Virus record (IMG/VR): IMGVR_UViG_3300025637_000004
DNA length: 37,232 nucleotides
Direction: 5' to 3' (one strand)
Source: a virus
Shown: positions 31,747 through 37,232 of the stretch, one piece after another
Layout: each line of letters begins with the position of its first letter
Position numbering within the stretch: position 1 is the first letter of the stretch
Position numbers and translations under genes: made by a program
Notes under the pieces: model-generated
What the model saw: only the letters and a program-made list of their open reading frames with translations
Databases searched by the model: none
Told to the model about the DNA's origin: nothing

Positions 31747-32143
31747 TATTTTTATCCGCACTATTTAACACTGTTTTATAAACCCGTCCTTTATAACAGC
31801 GAAATCTATGCTCTTTTGTCCTTACCTCAAAAGTTGAATGCTTGTTAGAATTTATTAGCTGGTAAATATAAACTCTAACTGTCAAATTATAATTATTTTC
31901 AAACATTATCTGCCCAATAATATCTAAAAAAGTATTTTCGTGATTAATTAAATGAGCAACAACCAGTTTTTTATTTCTGTATTTCTGTTCATAAAAAGAT
32001 TCACCTTGAAACCCCTCAAAATAAGAAAGCCTTGTGTCAATTTTAAATTGATCTGTTTTACAAATAATGCCCGCTATACCATCTTGTAAATTGCCGACAC
32101 TTTGCCCTATTGCGTTTGTTCTAGCTCTAGCCGTTTCTGTCAT
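31739..32143 (-). CDS. Orphan 134-aa protein in a strongly AT-rich segment
   Basis: ORF with coupled start and stop. The rows 31801-31980 contain 19, 14 and 14 G+C per 60 nt, against 32 per 60 in row 32161-32220. Confidence 0.55.
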   Translation of the reverse strand: MTETARARTNAIGQSVGNLQDGIAGIICKTDQFKIDTRLSYFEGFQGESFYEQKYRNKKLVVAHLINHENTFLDIIGQIMFENNYNLTVRVYIYQLINSNKHSTFEVRTKEHRFRCYKGRVYKTVLNSADKNNE

Positions 32144-32223
32144 TTTTCCTCCACCAGCGCGGCGGCTTTCTTCAGAAAACCGGACAGTGTGTCGGCAGAA
32201 TTAACGCGCCAGTATTCACCCAT
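32140..32223 (-). CDS. Micro-ORF (27 aa), coupled on both sides
   Basis: TAATG overlap with the methylase-like gene stop and ATGA overlap with the next gene. Translates to MGEYWRVNSADTLSGFLKKAAALVEEK. Confidence 0.25.
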   Translation of the reverse strand: MGEYWRVNSADTLSGFLKKAAALVEEK

Positions 32224-32818
32224 TACACAGCACCCCATTGAGCCGCCATAGCATCTGCCAGACCTTGATACGTTGTGCTGCGGATCTTCCAGCGATCCTT
32301 GCTAGGCGGCAGATAATGCAATCTTTCTCGTTGATTTTTTGGCAGCTTCATCATCGCTTCTTTGACGTTGTTGGTTGCCTGGATCGGTTCCAACCCTTTC
32401 AACCAAAGGCACGTCGCTTTCTGCTCAGGGTGACCAAACATATAGGGCTGAACAACCTGGCTTTGCTTGACCCTTCCGATCAGGGCTTTTGAGTATTTGT
32501 GCATGACTGGATTTTCTATCGCCACCTTTGCGATTGGCGCAGTGAGTAATTGCCTAAAAAACTCTCCCCTTCAAACAATTTTGGCCAACGGCTAGTGTCT
32601 TTGTGCAAGTGTTGAACACCAGAATTAGCAAGATAGGTGCACGGCGGATGCGCGATCATTAAGTCCCAGCCATCATTGATAATATCGAACACGTCCCCCT
32701 GGTGGTGGTTGCCCTCAATGTCCGTCGGCAATAGATCACAACTCCAGGCCTCATGACCCTGTTTAGCAAACGCTTCTCGAACTCGACCAGAATATTCACA
32801 AGCTACCAACACCTTCAC
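32223..32818 (-). pseudogene. DNA cytosine-methyltransferase-like gene split by a frame break at a homopolymer (sequencing error, phase variation or -1 frameshifting)
   Basis: GTG at 32818 with SD GAGGA 5 nt upstream. Frame A reads MKVLVACEYSGRVREAF...DLMIAHPPCTYL...LFEGESF. Frame B reads FFRQLLTAPIAKVAIENPV....RSTTYQGLADAMAAQWG. The two frames join if the A6 run at 32556-32561 were A7. Confidence 0.55.
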
Positions 32819-32828
32819 ACCGCAATCC

Positions 32829-32993
32829 TCATTTCGTTCTCCTGTAAAATTCATCCGTGGTGATTGATTTACCAAGTCGTAACTCTTCCCGCGATAAACT
32901 ATCAAGATCGTACGCCCGCTCTCGTCGTGAGATTCGCGCTAACATTTCTGCTTCTTTTAAATCCAATGGAAATAATCGATCTGGCTTTAACAT
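32829..32993 (-). CDS. Small 54-aa protein, absent from the ORF track
   Basis: The ATG overlaps the upstream stop (TAATG). Its stop lies just before the methylase SD. Translates to MLKPDRLFPLDLKEAEMLARISRRERAYDLDSLSREELRLGKSITTDEFYRRTK. Confidence 0.45.
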   Translation of the reverse strand: MLKPDRLFPLDLKEAEMLARISRRERAYDLDSLSREELRLGKSITTDEFYRRTK

Positions 32994-33307
32994 TATTTGA
33001 TAACCTGCAAAATCCGACGATTATCAACGCCGGGAGTTTCTTTAATTGTTTTATCGCTCTTTAATTTCTTAACGACCTTTTCAATAACTTGAAACTCTAC
33101 GTTAGTTGCATCTTTTATTTCATTGCGAGTTGCCCCACCGTCACGAATAATATTCAAAACCTTGGCGGAAAAACCGACGTATGATTTTTTTAATTTAGAA
33201 ACATCTACCTCATAACTGATTATTTTTCCGTCACCGCGAAGCAAGCTATCTATTAGCTGGCAACGATTACGACAATCGCGCTCTGCATGTTCTTGAAAAG
33301 TTATCAT
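32993..33307 (-). CDS. Winged-helix-like small protein, paralogue B
   Basis: Shares the pattern RC.LI..L.G......SYVG....N.I......TR.E......i....V..L..D.TI with the upstream gene. Confidence 0.55.
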   Translation of the reverse strand: MITFQEHAERDCRNRCQLIDSLLRGDGKIISYEVDVSKLKKSYVGFSAKVLNIIRDGGATRNEIKDATNVEFQVIEKVVKKLKSDKTIKETPGVDNRRILQVIK

Positions 33308-33630
33308 TTTGAAGCCCTAAAAATATGGTGTGAATTTTTCTTATAGTCTTCAACGATAGTGCCATCAGCAATTAATCTATTGACGCTATCGCGTATATCC
33401 ACCCAGCAAATATCGATTTTTTCAACTAGCTCTTTACGAGTTATCTTTTCACTTTTCTGAATAACATTATTAATTCTGTATAAAACGCCGACATAACTTC
33501 TTTTGCCAAAAAATGGAGTAGTATTTTCTTTTGAGTTATTCCCTGACAGGCAATTGTTAATCAATTTACATCGATCAAGAGCTTCTGAGCTTTCCTGTGT
33601 TTCGCTGTTATGCCTCATAAATAACCCCAA
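33304..33630 (-). CDS. Winged-helix-like small protein, paralogue A
   Basis: DRCKLINNCLSG...RSYVGVLYRINNVIQKSEKITRKELVEKI......VNRLIADGTIVE. It is in tandem with its paralogue. Confidence 0.55.
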   Translation of the reverse strand: MGLFMRHNSETQESSEALDRCKLINNCLSGNNSKENTTPFFGKRSYVGVLYRINNVIQKSEKITRKELVEKIDICWVDIRDSVNRLIADGTIVEDYKKNSHHIFRASK

Positions 33631-34399
33631 TTTTCTTAGGTTGGGTAATCGAGTCGGCCCAACTTCTATCGGTTAGATTTTCAAAGGTTGTTTTTCTCTC
33701 CGCTATTGCGGGCAACCTATGATTAATCGCATCTTCCCAGCGTTCACCGTTTAAATACGTCGTTGGGTGCATTTCTGCAAAACCGAGTTGATTAGAATTT
33801 AGCCTAGCCTTCACATCAATAATTAGGATCTCTGTAAAGCTCGCCGCGTCCGTTTGTTTTTTTAAAAGATTGTTGAATAGGGCCAAGGTTTTCTTTTTGT
33901 TAACCTTACGAATGCCAGACCGCCAAAATTGCTCGAATAATTCAAGGTCAATCGAAGATTGATCAAGTGTTTTAATAATTGGTTCTTGGTTATTGGTTAT
34001 TGGTTCTTGGTTATGAACACGTGTTGAACGAGATTTAACACCTGTTGCTTTTTTCCTTAGTTCTTCTGATTTCTTTCGCCTTGCCTCTGCGCTTGCTATA
34101 CCCGCTCTGGCCTTGGCCCCAATGTTTGCGCGGTATTTGGTAATTTCTTCATCGCAGCGAATATGAAAGTAACCATCGTCTGAAATTTCAAAAAACTCAT
34201 CTAAAATATCAATAAGCGCGTTTTTTTCATCATCGACAAAACAAAGCAGGCGCTTTGAAAGCTTATCGATATTGGTTATTAGTGGTAACTCCGTGTCGTA
34301 ATAGTGTTCTATTGCGTCTCTGTAGACGCTACGTTCAACGCGTGTTAAATGGCGGGTTGCATTGTTAAAATCGCTAATATGGTGAGGATAAAATTTCAT
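33608..34399 (-). CDS. DUF1376 (YdaU-like) replication initiation / primosome-recruiting protein
   Basis: The N-terminus FYPHHISDFNNATRHLTRVERSVYRDAIEHYYDTELPL is the DUF1376 signature. The C-terminus FEQFWRSGIRKVNKKKTLALF....TTYLNGERWED is typical of phage replication proteins. Confidence 0.75.
   Translation of the reverse strand: MKFYPHHISDFNNATRHLTRVERSVYRDAIEHYYDTELPLITNIDKLSKRLLCFVDDEKNALIDILDEFFEISDDGYFHIRCDEEITKYRANIGAKARAGIASAEARRKKSEELRKKATGVKSRSTRVHNQEPITNNQEPIIKTLDQSSIDLELFEQFWRSGIRKVNKKKTLALFNNLLKKQTDAASFTEILIIDVKARLNSNQLGFAEMHPTTYLNGERWEDAINHRLPAIAERKTTFENLTDRSWADSITQPKKIGVIYEA
33979..34013. repeat. Five head-to-tail heptamers TTGGTT(C/A) inside the replication gene (candidate iterons)
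   Basis: The plus strand reads TTGGTTC TTGGTTA TTGGTTA TTGGTTC TTGGTTA. It encodes NQEPITNNQEPI in the interdomain linker. Confidence 0.9.
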
Positions 34400-34542
34400 T
34401 TATCGCCCTCCACCGCAGATTTTGTTAATTTGCGCCTTAACGATTCTCTGCAGCTGTCGCAAAATGCGCGGCCTGCATTCTGTTGATCAGACGTAAGCGT
34501 TAACCCGCAAAATTCGCAATCTGTAAATCTTCTATCCTTCAT
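34396..34542 (-). CDS. Small zinc-ribbon protein (48 aa), absent from the ORF track
   Basis: SD AAGGA precedes the ATG at 34542. Translates to MKDRRFTDCEFCGLTLTSDQQNAGRAFCDSCRESLRRKLTKSAVEGDK, with CxxC...CxxC. The TGA overlaps the replication-gene ATG (ATGA). Confidence 0.55.
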   Translation of the reverse strand: MKDRRFTDCEFCGLTLTSDQQNAGRAFCDSCRESLRRKLTKSAVEGDK

Positions 34543-34566
34543 GTTATTATCCTTCTCTTGTGTGAT

Positions 34567-34602
34567 TGCCCCTGCGTGTTCGCAGCACTGGGGGCATTTT
34601 TT
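34567..34602 (+). terminator. Hairpin plus T6, terminator-like only on the + strand (antisense to the early operon)
   Basis: TGCCCC(TGCG-tgtt-CGCA)gcactgGGGGCA followed by TTTTTT. On the minus strand no U-run follows the hairpin. Confidence 0.35.
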
Positions 34603-34636
34603 CTCTAAAAAACTCTAAATATCCCCTCTTTTATCT

Positions 34637-34852
34637 CTAATCGTTATTGGCGCTGAACCGCGCAAATCCGTAAGCTATTGTGAAAGCGTCAGGTTTTAGC
34701 TCATAAATTAGTTTCAAAGCCTGTTTTTCAGGTATCGGGCCTTCAGGCCACTGAGACACAGCGCCCTTTGTTATTGATAATGCTTTTGCAAGCTTCGACT
34801 GACTGCCGTATAAACTAATTGCTTGGATTTTAGTAATCTGGGTTTTTTTCAT
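34637..34852 (-). CDS. Cro/YdaS-family HTH protein (lytic-side regulator)
   Basis: YGSQSKLAKALSITKGAVSQWPEG.IPEKQALKLIYELKPDAF matches the YdaS/Cro pattern. It is divergent from the cI-like gene. Confidence 0.75.
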   Translation of the reverse strand: MKKTQITKIQAISLYGSQSKLAKALSITKGAVSQWPEGPIPEKQALKLIYELKPDAFTIAYGFARFSANND

Positions 34853-34858
34853 CTGTGC

Positions 34859-34899
34859 AGTTTAGATATGTTGACTGAAAAGGTCAAGATATCTAAACA
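34859..34899. promoter_or_regulatory. OR-like immunity region: 16-bp-arm inverted repeat containing two back-to-back divergent promoters
   Basis: GTTTAGATATgTTGAC (34860-75), tgaaaag, GTCAAgATATCTAAAC (34883-98). The minus-strand promoter is TTGACC-N17-TAAACT, with its predicted +1 at the cro-like ATG. The plus-strand promoter is TTGACT-N17-TAAACA. Confidence 0.6.
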
Positions 34900-34939
34900 A
34901 CAAATTGATTAAAATACAATTTTGAAGAGTGTTACCATA

Positions 34940-35263
34940 ATGACCAAAGGCGAGAGAATTAAAAGCGCGAGAAAAAGTCTAGGATTGAGCCAAGAGTCGC
35001 TGGCTAAAAAGATAAAGGTAACTAAGGGCGCTATCTCTCAATGGGAAAACGACATAACTGTAGCATCAGCTGAAAGTTATTTGTCTATAAGTGAGGCAAC
35101 CGGGTACTCGCACAGGTGGTTAGTTAGAGGGCTTGGGCCAGAGGCAGAAGAAAGCAGATTATCGGCAGAGCATAAAGAATATCTCGAAAACTGCACAGAT
35201 TTGCAGGTTTCCTCACTTTTAGCATCTATAACTTCGCGGCTAACAAAGGATACTCAGCAGTAA
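34940..35263 (+). CDS. XRE/cI-like HTH repressor (no S24 peptidase domain)
   Basis: ERIKSARKSLGLSQESLAKKIKVTKGAISQWENDIT is a classic HTH_3 motif. The ATG at 34940 is preferred over the TTG at 34922. Confidence 0.8.
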   Translation: MTKGERIKSARKSLGLSQESLAKKIKVTKGAISQWENDITVASAESYLSISEATGYSHRWLVRGLGPEAEESRLSAEHKEYLENCTDLQVSSLLASITSRLTKDTQQ

Positions 35264-35494
35264 TCTGTTCATCTAAGCACTCTTTGAAAATGTCCCGCCC
35301 TCTTTTATTCAACGTGTTGTAAAAATCCAATATAATTTTATTTCTATCATGGTAGATTTTAACCTTATCTCGTTCCACACAAATTCCCTCTGCAAGTTTT
35401 TCGACAGATTATACTGGTAATAAAATCAATTAGAATAGGGATTTCCCTATATAACAATATTATCTGCTGATTTTTAAAGAAATTTCTTATAAAT

Positions 35495-35534
35495 GTATAG
35501 ATATGTTGATTTCTTAGGTATAGAGGTCTAAACT
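35495..35534 (+). promoter_or_regulatory. OL/PL-like promoter-operator, a diverged copy of 34860-34899
   Basis: 29 of 40 positions are identical to the OR-like element, including TAGATATGTTGA and TCTAAAC. The promoter TTGATT (35506-11)-N17-TAAACT (35529-34) lies upstream of the first early + gene. Confidence 0.55.
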
Positions 35535-35567
35535 AACTGCATTAAATAAATAACATCAAGAGCGAAT

Positions 35568-35816
35568 ATGGCAACTTTTACCCAACCCTTATATTGCTGC
35601 GTTTATGAAAAAGAAGAGCTAGAGCCTTTTATAGCTGCCGACGCTGGAGCAATTATTAATGCTCTCAACGGAATGAATGGCGGCCATTTATTAGATATAA
35701 AAATTATAAATAGAGTTATCTATATTGATTGGCAAGACAACACCGATTTTTTGTTGAACCTTCGCTGTTACCCGCAAATGGAAATCGAAGGGTTAACGTC
35801 TGGGGCTATTCACTAA
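35568..35816 (+). CDS. Hypothetical early protein (82 aa)
   Basis: First ORF after the PL-like promoter. Its stop overlaps the next ATG (TAATG). Confidence 0.55.
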   Translation: MATFTQPLYCCVYEKEELEPFIAADAGAIINALNGMNGGHLLDIKIINRVIYIDWQDNTDFLLNLRCYPQMEIEGLTSGAIH

Positions 35817-36094
35817 TGAAAGGCTATCAGGGAAAAATACATTTTTACAAAAATATAAATGGGCCTTTAGCTGGCGACGTTTTTGCCGCGCTTGAGCAAA
35901 GTAATGGATTTATACCTATACCAAAGAATGCAGTAGCTGTCGGTTCTAGCGAAAATATTAAAGTGGATTTTAACGAAGAAAAAAACACTGAGATAGAAAT
36001 GCTTTTAGATGAAATAACCGAAGCCAACGACGACCACGGTAAATTCTTGGAATTAATGACGAATAAAATAGAAAAGTTACTAGGAGAAATTTGA
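35816..36094 (+). CDS. Hypothetical early acidic protein (92 aa)
   Basis: The internal ATG at 35816, coupled to the upstream stop, is preferred over the 121-aa track ORF that overlaps the previous gene. Confidence 0.5.
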   Translation: MKGYQGKIHFYKNINGPLAGDVFAALEQSNGFIPIPKNAVAVGSSENIKVDFNEEKNTEIEMLLDEITEANDDHGKFLELMTNKIEKLLGEI

Positions 36095-36096
36095 AA

Positions 36097-36267
36097 ATGG
36101 CTATTAATAAAAAGAAGATGCAGGCATTAATTAATTTAGACGCGGCAGTACGTTTAAAATCAATTAGCCGGGGTTATACGCAGTCGGCATGTGTCGACCC
36201 AAAAAAATTAAACTGGTCGAATGCAGACATTGACGCAATTTTAAATATTGCTCAAAGGAGAATTTAA
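36097..36267 (+). CDS. Small 56-aa protein, absent from the ORF track
   Basis: SD GGAGA 11 nt upstream. Translates to MAINKKKMQALINLDAAVRLKSISRGYTQSACVDPKKLNWSNADIDAILNIAQRRI. Its stop overlaps the next ATG (TAATG). Confidence 0.5.
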   Translation: MAINKKKMQALINLDAAVRLKSISRGYTQSACVDPKKLNWSNADIDAILNIAQRRI

Positions 36268-36776
36268 TGTCAGAAAAAACCCACTACAGAAAAGCCTTTA
36301 ATTCTCCCTATCTGTCCAGCGCAGATATTGTAGGCCCTACGGTTTTAACAATTAGCAAAGTTTCTTTAGTCGATGACCAGACAAAAAAAACTAAAGAACA
36401 ATTTAATACTGCTTTTTTTATAGAGAAAAATTTAAGGCCGGGAGAGAAATTAAAGCCCATGATTTTGAATGCGTTTAACTCTAAAATTTTAAAAGAATTA
36501 TTTAAATCACCTTTTATCGAAGATTGGGTAAATAAATCAGTAACAATTTACGTCGATTCTAACGTGAGATTTGGACGCGATACCGTCGAAGGTTTACGCA
36601 TTAGTCCGCAAGCCCCCCAGCTAGAAAAGCCTCGTTTGAAAAAAGACACTACACAATGGATAAATGCAGTCGCTGCTTTTAAACGTGATGGAAATCTGGA
36701 TAAAGTGCTAGAGCGTGTCACCATCACTGCAGAAGATGCGGAGTTAATAGGAAAGGAAGCGGCTCATGTTTCATGA
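36267..36776 (+). CDS. Conserved-looking phage protein of unknown function at the annealase position
   Basis: 169 aa, SD AGGAGA, and an 11-nt overlap with the exonuclease start. No RecT/Erf/Rad52 motif was recognised. Confidence 0.6.
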   Translation: MSEKTHYRKAFNSPYLSSADIVGPTVLTISKVSLVDDQTKKTKEQFNTAFFIEKNLRPGEKLKPMILNAFNSKILKELFKSPFIEDWVNKSVTIYVDSNVRFGRDTVEGLRISPQAPQLEKPRLKKDTTQWINAVAAFKRDGNLDKVLERVTITAEDAELIGKEAAHVS

Positions 36777-37232
36777 TGTTGAACAAAATACTGAAGAATG
36801 GTATCAACTTCGCGCCGGGAAACCCACTTCCAGTTCAATATCAAAAATTATGGCAAATTTCGGCAAAGCGTTTGGCGAACCTGCAAAAAAATACGCAGCA
36901 GAAATTGCGGTTAGTCAGATAACTGGTCTACGGCCTGAATCAAATTTTACCAATGATCATATGCAGAGAGGCCACGATGAAGAACCTTTAGCCCGAATGG
37001 ATTACGAAAATCAGTATTTTTGTGAAGTTACAAATGGCGGTTTTTTTGATCTTGGCTATATAGGATGCTCGCCCGACGGTTTAGTTGGAACAGATGGGGT
37101 AATAGAAATAAAGTCAGCAATTCCATCTATACACTTTGCAAGAGTTAATAAACAGTCGTTTGACGCCGGTTACAAATGGCAGCTAGCGGCTAATCTAAAA
37201 TTAACTGGGCGCGAGTGGATAGACTTTATCTC
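36766..37232 (+). CDS. YqaJ / lambda-Exo-like recombination exonuclease, N-terminal part (runs off the window; continues at base 1 after removing the 127-bp overlap)
   Basis: MFHDVEQNTEEWYQLRAGKPTSSSISKIM...GHDEEPLAR...GCSPDGLVGTDGVIEIKS is the YqaJ signature with the D...E-x-K catalytic motif. Confidence 0.88.
   Translation, partial: MFHDVEQNTEEWYQLRAGKPTSSSISKIMANFGKAFGEPAKKYAAEIAVSQITGLRPESNFTNDHMQRGHDEEPLARMDYENQYFCEVTNGGFFDLGYIGCSPDGLVGTDGVIEIKSAIPSIHFARVNKQSFDAGYKWQLAANLKLTGREWIDFI
37106..37232. repeat. Terminal direct overlap, copy 2 (identical to 1-127)
   Basis: See copy 1. Confidence 0.95.

Noticed and set aside
34637-34852. YdaS-like protein as the antitoxin of a toxin-antitoxin pair
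   Set aside because: It sits divergently from the cI-like repressor at the operator region and heads the replication operon, which is the Cro position. No adjacent YdaT-like or toxin-like gene is present.

Overview
The window is a complete, circularly closed genome of a temperate lambdoid / HK97-like siphovirus. Bases 1-127 are identical to 37106-37232, leaving 37,105 unique bp. The host is Gram-negative, judged from spanins with a lipobox and an attP core matching a tRNA-Leu 3' end.

Layout on the + strand:
- A cI-like repressor (34940-35263).
- An OL/PL-like promoter (35495-35534) driving small early genes, a YqaJ-type exonuclease that spans the junction, SSB, a free-standing HNH-AP2 homing endonuclease and an excisionase.

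Layout on the - strand:
- Integrase, followed by attP (2508-2722).
- One long late operon (28734 down to 2805): lysis cassette, a collagen-like fibre module, HNH, a ParB-like plus Mom-like pair, TerS/TerL, portal, ClpP-like protease, HK97 capsid, connectors, major tail protein, frameshifted chaperones, tape measure, M/L/K-like proteins and a 2366-aa I-J-fibre fusion.
- An early operon (34852 down to 30340): cro-like protein, zinc-ribbon protein, DUF1376 replication protein, two winged-helix-like paralogues, a frame-broken cytosine-methyltransferase-like gene, an AT-rich orphan, NinB, NinG and a regulator in the Q position.

Most unusual features:
- A reverse-oriented four-gene island (29047-30359) sits between the Q-position gene and the lysis genes. 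It has its own near-consensus promoter and operator.
- Next to it lies an array of four 14-bp palindromes at exact 31-bp spacing (28926-29036).
- A ParB-domain protein lacks its usual fused methylase and is translationally coupled to a Mom-like GNAT-fold protein, directly upstream of the terminase genes.
- The methyltransferase-like gene is interrupted at a T TTT TTA homopolymer.
- Five head-to-tail heptamers lie inside the replication gene.
- A mirror-symmetric divergent promoter/operator is copied once more at the PL position.

All functional calls come from motif recognition by eye. No database search was run.
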